Positions 40,546 through 50,525 of a stretch of 64,000 nt of DNA are shown here, piece by piece. The DNA lies in IMG/VR virus record IMGVR_UViG_3300042453_003743, positions 32,001 to 96,000 of that record; one strand, written 5' to 3'. This DNA comes from a virus. Below the pieces are notes generated by a model. That model was not told where the DNA came from. It worked only from the letters and a program-made list of their open reading frames with translations, and ran no database searches. Both the position numbers and the translations under genes were made by a program. Numbering within the stretch: the stretch's first letter is position 1; the number at the start of each line of letters is the position of its first letter.

Positions 40546-40920
40546 TTATAAAATATTCAAACCATCATTTGTGGTATAGTATATTTTATGAAAAATTTGA
40601 GAACACCATTTGCTACAAACAGGGCATGGTTTTGAATTTCTAAGCTCTCCAAATCGATTAAATCTAACATTCAAAAGTATAAGTTTTTTTCCTCTCAAAT
40701 TATAAGGAATTTTTCTAAATGCATCCAATTCGGAGTGCATTTCGCCATACTTATATCCAAGTTCTATTGATTTGGGATGAGTTTTAAAAATATTTTGACC
40801 AATAGATACTATTTTTTTCTTGTAAATTATTATAGAAGTGTGTTTTTTTTGCCTTTGCATGGCCATAGAAAGAGGCTTCGCAATTGGCATATAATTTTCT
40901 ATAATAGTGTCAAAATTCAT
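40546..40920 (-). CDS. Zn-dependent cytidine/dCMP deaminase-fold protein
   Basis: HSELDA and SKPCPVC motifs. Confidence 0.8.
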   Translation of the reverse strand: MNFDTIIENYMPIAKPLSMAMQRQKKHTSIIIYKKKIVSIGQNIFKTHPKSIELGYKYGEMHSELDAFRKIPYNLRGKKLILLNVRFNRFGELRNSKPCPVCSKWCSQIFHKIYYTTNDGLNIL

Positions 40921-40921
40921 T

Positions 40922-41230
40922 TTATGTCGTCAACTTCAATCCTCCTGCTTTATTCAGAGAATTTGTTGGGGTGACGATTCCCTTGTTAAGGCTTGAGTCG
41001 TATTGTTCTTTGAGTTCTTCTAATGGGTCTACAATAAACGGAATAAATGATTTTGGAATGCTTACGCCCTTTGAAGCTTTTGTATAAATTAACCAAGGCA
41101 TCAATCCAATTTGCCCTTGACCAATTGGTACTAAAATTGCTGGGTCTTTTAAAATAAAGCTATCTGCAGTTTCTTCATACCTTGATAAAATTTCTTCGCC
41201 AGAATTTAGTCTAAATACTTTTACGTTCAT
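40922..41230 (-). CDS. Sm-like conserved phage protein
   Basis: VKVFRLNSGEEIL...IGLMPW. Confidence 0.7.
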   Translation of the reverse strand: MNVKVFRLNSGEEILSRYEETADSFILKDPAILVPIGQGQIGLMPWLIYTKASKGVSIPKSFIPFIVDPLEELKEQYDSSLNKGIVTPTNSLNKAGGLKLTT

Positions 41231-41287
41231 ATGAATCCTTTGTGTATTATTATAGCCTGTATAATACTATTAGCAAACAATAACCCA

Positions 41288-42004
41288 ATGAAATCTTTTA
41301 AACAATATTTAACCGAACAACAAGAAAAAATTAAAGTAACAAAACCACAGCCAAATATTGGCTCAGGTCAAGTCAAAGCACAGGTGCGAGAAGAAGAACC
41401 ACCAAAAGAAAAAGAACCCACAAAACCAGCAGAATTAAAAACAACACAAACAGAAGATCCGTTTGGTGGCAACGAAACAGTTAAAAAGCTATATGGGGCA
41501 TTCGCTGCAGCAGAACATCGTGGGGCAAAAGTCGAAAATCCTTTTGAATTTAATGAAAAACTATTCATAAGAACCAGAGGAGATAAATCTTCAAGTGCAT
41601 ATGGTCCAGTACAGATGACGACATCTACTGTTTCTGGATTTTTAAAAAATAATCCAAACGATTTTAAGGGAATAGAGGATTATACACAAAAATTTATTCA
41701 ACAAGGTAAAAAAATGTTGAAAGCAAAAGAAGGTGACCCAAACTATTCTTTAGGTTGTAAAGGAGATTTATGTGATGCAAAATACAATACAGAACACCAA
41801 AGAATGGCTGCAGCTGTAATACGTGGAAAATCCAAAGAAGTAAAAGTAGATTTAAATAAACCCGTTTCAGCAGGGGATTTAGAAAAAATTGTAGATCATT
41901 GGCGATATGGTTCTGGATCTGGCAAATCTACAAAACAATCTGATAAAGCTTATTATGACGCTTTTATGGCTGCGTATAACTCTCAATCCAAAAGCTCAGG
42001 ATAA
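41288..42004 (+). CDS. Lysozyme/lytic-transglycosylase-like protein with capsid-targeting-like N-terminus
   Basis: Start MKSFKQYLTE; AAAEHRG (putative catalytic Glu) and SSAYGPVQMT (SLT-like GxxQ motif). Confidence 0.55.
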   Translation: MKSFKQYLTEQQEKIKVTKPQPNIGSGQVKAQVREEEPPKEKEPTKPAELKTTQTEDPFGGNETVKKLYGAFAAAEHRGAKVENPFEFNEKLFIRTRGDKSSSAYGPVQMTTSTVSGFLKNNPNDFKGIEDYTQKFIQQGKKMLKAKEGDPNYSLGCKGDLCDAKYNTEHQRMAAAVIRGKSKEVKVDLNKPVSAGDLEKIVDHWRYGSGSGKSTKQSDKAYYDAFMAAYNSQSKSSG

Positions 42005-42762
42005 ACAATTATTGGGTTTAATAATTCTTTAATATTTACTGAATTACCATTTTTTTTCCACCACTCCAAAATTAAAGTGTTAGAATTAAAGTGTGCGTCC
42101 TTATCTTCTTGCCCTTTGTCTGGAATAGTAGTTTGAAGATTTACGTTTTCAATTAATATTGGTATATTGTAAGTTTTACCGGGCAAGTATAAAATATTTT
42201 CACAAATTGGCCACGCTTCTTTATTTGGTATTGTAAAATTAAATAAATTTATATCTTTAACATACCAATTTAATAGTTTTTTTGCATAAGATCTTTTTAC
42301 TAAAGAAAATAAACCAAATTCTTGTAAAATTCTTGGATGTAAATGATATGTTAGTCTTTGTGTTCCGTAAGTTATGTTACCGAGATGTATACATTCCCAG
42401 TCTTCTGGTAAATTGCTTTCAAATTCTTTCCAAGTAAAATTCCAATAATTTGCCGTTTCAAATGAAACGTCATCTTCTAAAAATAAAGCACAATCTTCAT
42501 CAGTTGTATCATACCATTCTTTTATTGCTAAAAGATGTGATGCTGTAACATAATGTGCTTTTATTGTATTTAATTCATTGATTCTGTTGCCCGTTATTAC
42601 TTTTTTTGAATCAGATTCTTCAGTAGATATTTTTAAATCATAATTTACAATACCATAATTTTTAAAATGATCTATAATATATTCATGTCTGTTGGTACAG
42701 GTTTCATAAGACATGCAATATATTTTTGGTAAATTTTTTAATTTATCTTCTAAAGATAACAT
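41983..42762 (-). CDS. Glycosyltransferase family 25-like
   Basis: IYCMS, SHLLAIKEWY, LFLEDD, LPEDWECIHLG. Confidence 0.82.
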   Translation of the reverse strand: MLSLEDKLKNLPKIYCMSYETCTNRHEYIIDHFKNYGIVNYDLKISTEESDSKKVITGNRINELNTIKAHYVTASHLLAIKEWYDTTDEDCALFLEDDVSFETANYWNFTWKEFESNLPEDWECIHLGNITYGTQRLTYHLHPRILQEFGLFSLVKRSYAKKLLNWYVKDINLFNFTIPNKEAWPICENILYLPGKTYNIPILIENVNLQTTIPDKGQEDKDAHFNSNTLILEWWKKNGNSVNIKELLNPIIVYPELLD

Positions 42763-42763
42763 A

Positions 42764-43273
42764 TTAAAGTTTTATATCAAAATCTTTTATAAATTCAAAA
42801 GTATCATCTTGCGGTTTCATTCCGCATTTGTGGGCAAACAATAATTTTTTTAATTTAAATTCTATTTCGCCTTTATATGATATAGTTTCTCTCAGTTTTT
42901 CATTTAAATTGCAATATTGTTCGCCTACACAAATCATTGTATAGGCATTGTGATGCATGGAAAGTTTATAAAATACATCAGCCATAAAAAGATATGCTTC
43001 GGGTCTATTCGGAAGAATTGAAATTGCATTTTGAAAAAATGACTTTTCTGTGTATAACCTGCTACCTTGTCTTCTTATAGCCAGACCAGAACGCAGCATA
43101 CATTCGTACTGTAATAGTTTATCATCAGTTCTTTCTGCGCAACGAATATAATGAGAAACTGCAGAAGCAACCTGATTCATAGAATCATATGTTAAAGCTA
43201 TTTTAAAATTTATTTCTGGATCTTCTGTGTTGTGTGTATATTCAACAAGTTGTTTGGATAATTTGTCTATCAT
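42764..43273 (-). CDS. TPR-like protein
   Basis: AVSHYIRCAER, AISILPNRPEAY. Confidence 0.7.
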   Translation of the reverse strand: MIDKLSKQLVEYTHNTEDPEINFKIALTYDSMNQVASAVSHYIRCAERTDDKLLQYECMLRSGLAIRRQGSRLYTEKSFFQNAISILPNRPEAYLFMADVFYKLSMHHNAYTMICVGEQYCNLNEKLRETISYKGEIEFKLKKLLFAHKCGMKPQDDTFEFIKDFDIKL

Positions 43274-44250
43274 AGATTTAACAATCCTTCAATAATATTT
43301 TCTGGCACTTTTAATAAACACGCAGAATTGTCTTGAAATCCAAAAGTTATGTAAAAGTAATTGTCTTTAAATGCCATTCCTGCACAAAATTCAATATCAC
43401 CACCCAAAAAACTAAAATCATCAGACCATGCAATTTTTACAAAATTTTTATCCCATAAAATAATTCTATGTCTGTATATACCATCTTTTCTTCCAATAGA
43501 ATCGTTGAACAAATCTACTTCATGTGTAATTGCAATATAATAATTTTTCCAAGGAATTAACTGCGATCCTCCTCGCAAATCTCTGTGTAAATTAGTATAC
43601 TCTCCAACAAAAATTTGCTCTGAAGATAAATCATTGATATTTGCTTTTACAACTTCTGTTGGATTTGTCCATTTAACATAATGAAATGGTTTATCTAAAA
43701 CCGGCATCCAATTTTTTTCACAATAACTGTTTTTATCGATTGGTGGTTCAATTCTATATCGCTTTACTTCTTTTACAGAATAATTATTAATTGCCAATTC
43801 TGACAATTCTATTCTTCCTTGTCCATTTGTTGTTGTATCTCTTCTAACTCCGGAAAGATAAATTTTATTGTCCCAATTAACAATTCTTGCGTCTTCTAAA
43901 CCAACAAATTCCCAAAGAGGATCTACGTCAAGAGATGACGTATCTACTAAAAGATTTTTTGAAATTAAACCAGAATCGTCTACTTCACAATAGTAGTTTG
44001 TTGTTTTTAATTTTTGATAATGTTCCGGATGTAAATAAACAAGCGGTCCCCACTCATGTAAAAACTTTTTCTTTTCAGAATGATATATTGTGTAATTTAC
44101 ATGACGTAAAATAACAATAGTTTTATCTTCATGAAAAATGATAGACGGATTCATTAAACCCGTCCCGTCTGTGAGTGACGCAGGAATTATTAAAGGAGTG
44201 ATACGACCGCCATGATCAATGGCTAATTTTGCTAAAGGTTGGTTCAACAT
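43270..44250 (-). CDS. Five-bladed beta-propeller glycosidase/glycosyltransferase-like protein (GH130-like)
   Basis: NPSI, GLEDARI, EKNWMP, LRGGSQ, IEFCAG, FGFQDN. Confidence 0.75.
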   Translation of the reverse strand: MLNQPLAKLAIDHGGRITPLIIPASLTDGTGLMNPSIIFHEDKTIVILRHVNYTIYHSEKKKFLHEWGPLVYLHPEHYQKLKTTNYYCEVDDSGLISKNLLVDTSSLDVDPLWEFVGLEDARIVNWDNKIYLSGVRRDTTTNGQGRIELSELAINNYSVKEVKRYRIEPPIDKNSYCEKNWMPVLDKPFHYVKWTNPTEVVKANINDLSSEQIFVGEYTNLHRDLRGGSQLIPWKNYYIAITHEVDLFNDSIGRKDGIYRHRIILWDKNFVKIAWSDDFSFLGGDIEFCAGMAFKDNYFYITFGFQDNSACLLKVPENIIEGLLNL

Positions 44251-44252
44251 AA

Positions 44253-44813
44253 TTAAAAAGGAATTGGCTCTTCAATGTATATAGGAGAGTTATTTGCATA
44301 CCATGCTGGAATTTTTCCAGTCTTCCATTTTGCAAATTTTGCTTTTTCTCCAAGATAATACTGCCTGTATGCGGTTATGGCATTTTCATGCTTGTATTGG
44401 TCGGGCATAGCCTGAACAAAGGGGGTACGCTTACCTTTACAAGCATTTTTTGGTGCAGTATACAAACCACCCATTATCATTTCTTGCATTGAATGCACTT
44501 TTCCATAACGCAATGTATATTCGGCACAAAGCGATCTAGCATGTCTCCAGAGCCACATATAATTTGTTGTAGTTTCTCGCGCCCAAATATTGCATGGGTG
44601 ATTAATCATAGTAGCTTTGCAAATATTTTTAGTAGTACAAATGCTAGTTTTATATTTGCGTGATCCCGTATTAACTATAACAACATCACCATCAAGAACA
44701 TGATGTGCCGTTGACATAAGTTGACAAGACTCAAGAATCATTTTAACAACATGCTTATCGCACATCATTTGGGCTGCGATTTCAGGCTGGTCATCAAGAA
44801 CAAAAATGTTCAT
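44253..44813 (-). CDS. Pyrimidine-dimer DNA glycosylase (DenV-like family)
   Basis: MNIFVLD..DKHVVKMILESCQL, NHPCNIW, EYTLRYGKVH, QAMP, AYRQYY. Confidence 0.8.
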   Translation of the reverse strand: MNIFVLDDQPEIAAQMMCDKHVVKMILESCQLMSTAHHVLDGDVVIVNTGSRKYKTSICTTKNICKATMINHPCNIWARETTTNYMWLWRHARSLCAEYTLRYGKVHSMQEMIMGGLYTAPKNACKGKRTPFVQAMPDQYKHENAITAYRQYYLGEKAKFAKWKTGKIPAWYANNSPIYIEEPIPF

Positions 44814-45844
44814 ATTTCGTGGCTTTCAAAAATATTGTTAATAGTGCGGTTTACTTTTACTAGTTTACCATGCGAATACAGTTCAGGCAAGTTAAAAGCG
44901 CCAACATAAGAGCAAGCCGAGCGCAAACCACCAAAAATTTCCTGAATCGTATTTCGTACAGATCCTCTATACGGTACTTCAACTGTTCTTCCTTCCGATG
45001 CTCTATAATCGGAAAGCCCACCATTGTACTTTTCATTCGCAGTTTTGCTGCTCATGCCGTAGTGCAACATTCGGAGCTCTCCATGCTCACCATGTCTTAT
45101 TTCACCACCACACTCATCGTGACCAGCAAACATTCCTCCAGCCATAACAAAGGCTGCACCAGCCACAAATGATTTTGCAAAATCTCCAGGATAAATTATT
45201 CCGCCATCAGCAACGATCCCAATACCGTATGCTTCGGCTGTTTGTGCACATTCTAATACCGCTGATAGCTGTGGATAGCCCACGCCTGCCACACGCCGGG
45301 TCAGACACATCGATCCCGATCCGATTCCCACTTTTACCAGATCGACTCCAACCTTTGACAATTCCTCGACCCCCTCTGGGGTCACGACATTCCCTGCAAT
45401 CAAAATAGACTTCGGCCATTTTTCTCTAACCTTTCTTGTAAAATTATGAAATTCTGTCATGTAGCCATTTGCCACATCGACACAAACAAACGTTGGATCT
45501 TTGATATCTGCACTGTCAACAAAAAGTTTGCTTTCGTTATCTAATCCAAGTGTAAGAGAAACATACTTTTCTTTATCGGGATGAGAAGAAACAAAACTTG
45601 AATAATAATCCCCACCCTTTCGAAGACAAGTTACAATGTTATACTCGGACAAAACCAAAGCCATTTTGTGAGTCCCGACAGTAGACATGTTTGCTGCCAT
45701 AACGGGCACCCCAGACCATTCAATTCCATTTTTAAATGTTTTTCTAACTTCTAGAGAAACATCTTTGCGAGATTTTACTTCACTTATATTTGGCACAATT
45801 AAAACATCTGAGTAATCAAGTTTTGGTTCGTTGTTGGCAATCAT
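44810..45844 (-). CDS. guaC: GMP reductase
   Basis: LDYSDVLIVP, AANM, DVANGY, KVGIGSGSMCLTR, GYPQLSAV, YRASEG, GGLRSACSYVGA. Confidence 0.93.
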   Translation of the reverse strand: MIANNEPKLDYSDVLIVPNISEVKSRKDVSLEVRKTFKNGIEWSGVPVMAANMSTVGTHKMALVLSEYNIVTCLRKGGDYYSSFVSSHPDKEKYVSLTLGLDNESKLFVDSADIKDPTFVCVDVANGYMTEFHNFTRKVREKWPKSILIAGNVVTPEGVEELSKVGVDLVKVGIGSGSMCLTRRVAGVGYPQLSAVLECAQTAEAYGIGIVADGGIIYPGDFAKSFVAGAAFVMAGGMFAGHDECGGEIRHGEHGELRMLHYGMSSKTANEKYNGGLSDYRASEGRTVEVPYRGSVRNTIQEIFGGLRSACSYVGAFNLPELYSHGKLVKVNRTINNIFESHEI

Positions 45845-45884
45845 GGGGCAAAAATAATATCACAAAAAATGAAGCCGTCAACAA

Positions 45885-46058
45885 TTATTTTGACTCTTCG
45901 ATTCTTTTTATTGCATCCCGCAGACTTAACATTTTTTGTGCAAGTTCTTTTGATGTTATTTTTTGACGAAGATAATCTTCATATTTTGATATGATTATTT
46001 TAGCTTCACGGAACAGAACTGCGTACAGATGAATGTTTTTTTTATCTTCGTGTTCCAT
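45885..46058 (-). CDS. Small hypothetical protein (not in ORF track)
   Basis: Manual translation MEHEDKKNIHLYAVLFREAK...RIEESK, 57 aa, behind ATAAATA. Confidence 0.55.
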   Translation of the reverse strand: MEHEDKKNIHLYAVLFREAKIIISKYEDYLRQKITSKELAQKMLSLRDAIKRIEESK

Positions 46059-46067
46059 TAAGAATAT

Positions 46068-46679
46068 TTATTCTGTACCAACACTCTCATCCCGTATAAA
46101 TTTAAAAACATTTTCAATATAAAATGATTTCCACGATTGAGAATTTATGTCCCAAATTCCAAGTCTCTCTCCACTAAGAGGACTAAAAAAATTTTTTCTA
46201 GATATGTGTTCTTTTGTTGGCATAAATCCAGGCTCAAGAGTTCCTGTAATTCTTCTCGACGCTCCATTGGTTTTTTTAATAAAAAAAACAGTACACACCC
46301 CAGACAGCATTTCTAAAATCATTTCTTGACTAGAAATGTGGTCTGACGTGTACGCCTCTTCTTTATTTACTATTTTTACATCAATTCTATAATCGTTTAT
46401 CGGATCGAAAACTGAACTAGATTGATTTATTCTATTTTGCTGCAAATAATTTTCATATGAGCCATAAGTTTCATTTATAAAATTTTTGTATAATAAATCA
46501 TTTACCTTTAATTTTTCATATGTTAGTAATTGATAAGAAGAACCGCCATATTCGCCTTTGTAAGGCTTTGATTCAAAAGGTAAAAATTCCGATTCTTCAA
46601 ATTGTTTTTTTAAAAGAGATCTTTGCCTGTCAATTCCAGACAATGCATTTCTTATGTTGTTTGGTTCTTGTGCCATCAA
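46068..46679 (-). CDS. Protein with C-terminal WYL-like SH3 domain
   Basis: TVFFIKKTNGASRRITGTL...IWDINSQSWKSF. Confidence 0.7.
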   Translation of the reverse strand: MMAQEPNNIRNALSGIDRQRSLLKKQFEESEFLPFESKPYKGEYGGSSYQLLTYEKLKVNDLLYKNFINETYGSYENYLQQNRINQSSSVFDPINDYRIDVKIVNKEEAYTSDHISSQEMILEMLSGVCTVFFIKKTNGASRRITGTLEPGFMPTKEHISRKNFFSPLSGERLGIWDINSQSWKSFYIENVFKFIRDESVGTE

Positions 46680-46960
46680 AATTCCAAAATTATTTCATTT
46701 TTCTTTTTCATCATGTTTTTTGGTTTTATGTTTAAATTTTCTATAGCAGCAGAAACATGATTTGAAACAAAAATAGGAAACTTAAGATAAATTGAGTTAA
46801 ATGGTTGTTTTTTGTCTTCAATAATTTTTAATAAAACATCTTCCAATTCATTTAAAAAATTTTTATTCATTCCGTCAACCAAATAAACAGTTCCATGAAT
46901 ATTTTGAATTTTATGAATCATTATATTATTTGCTTTACTAAAAATATATAGTACACTCAC
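46676..46960 (-). CDS. Hypothetical protein
   Basis: 94-aa ORF with stop/start overlap. Confidence 0.5.
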   Translation of the reverse strand: MSVLYIFSKANNIMIHKIQNIHGTVYLVDGMNKNFLNELEDVLLKIIEDKKQPFNSIYLKFPIFVSNHVSAAIENLNIKPKNMMKKKNEIILEF

Positions 46961-47035
46961 AAGAACTTTTAAGTTCTCTAGAGTTCTTTATAATAAACTC
47001 TCTAAAGAGTACTTTAGAGTTAATCTAAAGAAACT

Positions 47036-48484
47036 TTAAAGTTTCTTTGATTCATTCAACATCTTTGATATCTTTTGCTTGAGGCTTTCTAAGAAAGTGC
47101 TTCCGCGCATAGAAAGTGGGAGCGGTTTTGCAGACATCCACGTAGTTGGTTTTACTGGCCCGTGAATTTTTTCAAGCCTCTTCAAAAGTTGTTCATGGCT
47201 CATTGTTCCAGCTCTCATGGCTGAATGAACATCTTGAATTTCTTTTTTCTGTGCTGTTCCTACGTTAGCAGAACGTTTTTCATCCCACACTACACTCTGA
47301 ACAGCATTTGGTATCATTCCTCGTTCCTGAGCAACGGCTACAGTAACATCCTTATAAACGGGATATGTACCTTTAAGCCCAGTCTTTTTCGAAGTTGGTG
47401 AACCACCCAACCCACGACCGACAACTGGATGCTTTGCTGCTAGAGTAAAATCAGCATTGGCGACACCGATGTGATGCGTGTCTCCTGTTACATCTGGTCT
47501 GTCTGGGTTATTTGGCTGAACGATATTATTATAAAAACTACGAACTTTGTGGCCAGTCCCCAAAGATTTGGATATGGTTTCCATATCACCGTTTGACCTT
47601 AAAATTTTTACTGCGTTTCCAATTTCTCCAAATGACCCCCAAGCAGCTGTGGCCCGTTTCTTTCCTTGGGTGACAACGTGTTCCCCAAAATTACCTTCTG
47701 GAGTGATTGAGCGATAATGCCTTGGATGGTGTGCTTCATCAAAAGCGCGAATCCACATCGCTGCGTGTGTTGGATCTTCAACTTCCGCCAAAGTTTTTCC
47801 ACGAATTTTTTGCAAACCTTCTTGATGTTCTGGATCTGTCTCCTTGAAGACTTTTTCGGAAATTTTTTCCATTTCCGGGCTCCACGGTGTATTTTGGTGT
47901 TCTTTGTGAATGTGAATTAATCTTTCACCCAGAGAAGCGTTTTGATACCAATCTTTTTGCGGTGAAAGACTGGCCATCACACCGGCGACAATGTGAGTAT
48001 CGTGGCCATACCTTTTGCCAATATGTTCAGAAATTTTATTCGCGCCAACATACCACTGCTGGCTTCTTTGTGCAAGTTCGGGCAAAGATTGAGCCCGATC
48101 CAAACTCCATTCGATATTTCTTTTTGCTCTTTGTCCGAGCAAGTCAACGGCCTCTTCGTCACCAAGATTTTCCGTTGGACCTAGAATGGTATGGTACACC
48201 CCTGCATCACTTGATGATGGTGCAATATTTGACTTGAGCATTTTACCCATTCTAATTTTGTGTTCTGGCTCCATGGCATCCATCCCAACAACAACTCGCT
48301 TAGATCCATAAAGTTTGTGCGGATCTCCAATTGCTGGATCATCTGGAAGTCTTGTAGAAACTAATAGAGGGCTCGCAGCTGGATCATATTGTCTTTTTTC
48401 TTCGTTCAGTTGCGATTCAAGATCTTTGATTTTTTTCGCGAGTTTTTCGCATTTATTTTTATAGTATTCGGTTAAATATGCCAT
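47036..48484 (-). CDS. HhH-glycosylase-like phage protein (DUF7178-type motifs), late-expressed
   Basis: QWY..A, ASLSPQKDWYQN, KVRSFYNNI, VTGDTHH, AVQSVVW; N-terminus YLTEYYKN. Confidence 0.65.
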   Translation of the reverse strand: MAYLTEYYKNKCEKLAKKIKDLESQLNEEKRQYDPAASPLLVSTRLPDDPAIGDPHKLYGSKRVVVGMDAMEPEHKIRMGKMLKSNIAPSSSDAGVYHTILGPTENLGDEEAVDLLGQRAKRNIEWSLDRAQSLPELAQRSQQWYVGANKISEHIGKRYGHDTHIVAGVMASLSPQKDWYQNASLGERLIHIHKEHQNTPWSPEMEKISEKVFKETDPEHQEGLQKIRGKTLAEVEDPTHAAMWIRAFDEAHHPRHYRSITPEGNFGEHVVTQGKKRATAAWGSFGEIGNAVKILRSNGDMETISKSLGTGHKVRSFYNNIVQPNNPDRPDVTGDTHHIGVANADFTLAAKHPVVGRGLGGSPTSKKTGLKGTYPVYKDVTVAVAQERGMIPNAVQSVVWDEKRSANVGTAQKKEIQDVHSAMRAGTMSHEQLLKRLEKIHGPVKPTTWMSAKPLPLSMRGSTFLESLKQKISKMLNESKKL

Positions 48485-48521
48485 AAAATTATTTATAAAA
48501 TTTAAAAGAATAAATAATTTT

Positions 48522-48884
48522 ATGGATTATCTAACAAATTATTACAAAAATTTATCAGAACAGCTTCAGCAAAGAGTGAACATTCTTCAAAAACAATTGG
48601 ATGAAACAAACAATTCACCACAAAATCCCATCACGGATCAAGAAGCCTTTGAAAAAGGAGTGCAGGCTGCACAGAACTCTCTCATTCCAAATTTTCGTGA
48701 AGGAGTACAGGGACACCCAAAATTTCATCACGGATACCAATTAGGAATGCGGCACGGACTTGAAGCACTGAAAATGAAAGACGTAAGTCCGGAGACCTAC
48801 GGAGGATACCCAACACCATCAGAAATGGCACAAAAATTTATGGCAACTGACGGAAGACCTCACGTAGGATCTGCTCAGTACTAA
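48522..48884 (+). CDS. Hypothetical protein sharing its N-terminal leader with 47036-48484
   Basis: MDYLTNYYKNLSEQL...QLDE; late promoter ATAAATA near 48510. Confidence 0.7.
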   Translation: MDYLTNYYKNLSEQLQQRVNILQKQLDETNNSPQNPITDQEAFEKGVQAAQNSLIPNFREGVQGHPKFHHGYQLGMRHGLEALKMKDVSPETYGGYPTPSEMAQKFMATDGRPHVGSAQY

Positions 48885-48908
48885 AATTTTTAAAAAATTA
48901 GTGTAGAG

Positions 48909-48938
48909 AATGGGTTCCCAATAAGGGACCCATTTTTA
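48909..48938. terminator. Terminator hairpin
   Basis: AATGGGTTCCC-AATAA-GGGACCCATTTTT. Confidence 0.6.
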
Positions 48939-48963
48939 TTTGGCTTCTGTTGAGTTTAATTTT

Positions 48964-49086
48964 TCAGATGACCGAACATCCACGGACCATCAAAAAACCC
49001 ACCACGAACGATCCTACAACGATTGCGACCACACACCAGTCGAGAGGGGTGGTTTCTTTCCAGAGGTTTTGAATAAAATTTTTCAT
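48964..49086 (-). CDS. Small single-pass membrane protein (not in ORF track)
   Basis: MKNFIQNLWKETTPLDWCVVAIVVGSFVVGFLMVRGCSVI, 40 aa, behind CTAAATA. Confidence 0.5.
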   Translation of the reverse strand: MKNFIQNLWKETTPLDWCVVAIVVGSFVVGFLMVRGCSVI

Positions 49087-49424
49087 TCAACTTATTTAGC
49101 CGTTTTCCGCCCGGAAAATTTTTAAGCCATCCCATGGTTTTTGAATAGGGGACCCATATTTCTATAAGTGCGGACAGGATACTGGGGGCTCGGAGAATAT
49201 TAGAGAAAATTAAAGAATATTAGAGGGGGGTGGGAGCTAGCCCGCCCAAATATTAATTTTTTTTAGGGGACCCATTTTACTGTTTGGACATGACCACCAA
49301 GTATATTTTACCACACCCCCCTCTGCTTGTCAAGGCCCCCTCCCCCCTTGACACTAGCCATCACCCGTGATACAATCAACTCGGTTGAGTTTCAAAACTC
49401 CATCGAAGTAAAGGGAAAACCCCC

Positions 49425-49763
49425 TTATGGGGTTTCCTTGCCCTCCTTTTCCTTGGCGATTCGCACCAACTGGGCCGCGTACTTCTTCATGATCTTGCGA
49501 GCGAAGATCATCTGCTTGGGGGACAGCGATCCGCGACGGATCACCTGTTCCGCGAGGCTGCTTGCAAAGGTCGCATCGACTCCGGTGAACCCGACGCCGT
49601 TGGTGTGCTTGGTGGCCGCGTCCCGCTGCTCGTCCTCCGTCTGCTTGTGGTAGATGGCGACCAGCCCACGGAGGAGCCAACGGTCGTCCGTGGCGATCTT
49701 CTCGCGCACGAACTCAACGGTGAGGGGGGCGGCAGGGGCGGGGGCGGTGGTGGTGCTGTTCAT
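49425..49763 (-). CDS. Conserved phage hypothetical protein (early, leaderless)
   Basis: IYHKQTEDEQ...NGVGFTGVDA...LSPKQ...KYAAQL; TTGACA-17-TACAAT-6-ATG. Confidence 0.85.
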   Translation of the reverse strand: MNSTTTAPAPAAPLTVEFVREKIATDDRWLLRGLVAIYHKQTEDEQRDAATKHTNGVGFTGVDATFASSLAEQVIRRGSLSPKQMIFARKIMKKYAAQLVRIAKEKEGKETP

Positions 49764-49794
49764 GCGTGTATTGTAGCACTACCCACCTACCATG

Positions 49795-50010
49795 TCAACC
49801 CCAGTCCTTTCTCATGGTGGGGTCGGCATAGGTTTCCTCGTAGCCTGCGGTGTACGCCTCCAGTTCCTCCGGGTCCGTCAGGGTGACTCGCTCTCCCTTG
49901 TAGGTGCCGTTCGGGTACTTGTGAGGGCTAGGCGCTCTCCCGTACCACGCATCGGCACAACCCCGGTCGTAGGGCGATCCGTGCCAGTTGGGGTAGGTCT
50001 TGGGGTTCAC
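49795..50010 (-). CDS. Conserved phage hypothetical protein
   Basis: GTG start; HGSPYDRGCADAWYGR...AYTAGYE. Confidence 0.75.
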   Translation of the reverse strand: MNPKTYPNWHGSPYDRGCADAWYGRAPSPHKYPNGTYKGERVTLTDPEELEAYTAGYEETYADPTMRKDWG

Positions 50011-50345
50011 GCCTGCCCCCTTTCGATGTGGATCACGCAGGAGAGAACATGCTCCCGGTGTTCGTCCCATTCCGGGAGACGCGACTCCCACTCGCTGTAC
50101 GGGGAAATCGCAATGATGTACTCCTCGTAGTAGTCATTGCAGGGCAGCACGGCCTCGGCTGCGGCAGCAGCCTGCTCGGCGGTTTCGGCCCCATGAACGA
50201 AGTAGTCGTGGCCCCCCTTGCACTTCCAGTACTGGGGGCACGCGCCCGTTCCGTCCCACGAATGAGCGCCGTAGTTCTCGCGCATCTGCGTGACAACGAC
50301 AAAGGCCGGGGCGGTGCGGGGAGTGACGTTGGTGGTGGTGTCCAT
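50007..50345 (-). CDS. Conserved T4-like hypothetical protein (early, leaderless)
   Basis: TQMRENYGAHSWDGTGACPQYWKCKGG; TTGACA-17-TATACT-6-ATG. Confidence 0.85.
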   Translation of the reverse strand: MDTTTNVTPRTAPAFVVVTQMRENYGAHSWDGTGACPQYWKCKGGHDYFVHGAETAEQAAAAAEAVLPCNDYYEEYIIAISPYSEWESRLPEWDEHREHVLSCVIHIERGQA

Positions 50346-50525
50346 GCACACAGTATAGCAAAGTGTCTCTGGGATGTCAACCCCCTACATGATAAGTCCG
50401 ATAACGGCCCACTTGACACCGGGGGAACCCATGTGGTACAATCTACTTGGTTGACGTTTCAGGCGCACACAAAATAATAAAAAACCCCCCGGCAACGCAC
50501 CGGGGGGCCAGCCCTCACGCTGTAG

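Noticed and set aside
46965-47040. Low-complexity palindromic tract (CTCTAAAGAGTACTTTAGAG), with a similar stretch at about 228-247
   Set aside because: Only two loose copies in AT-rich spacers; insufficient to call a function.
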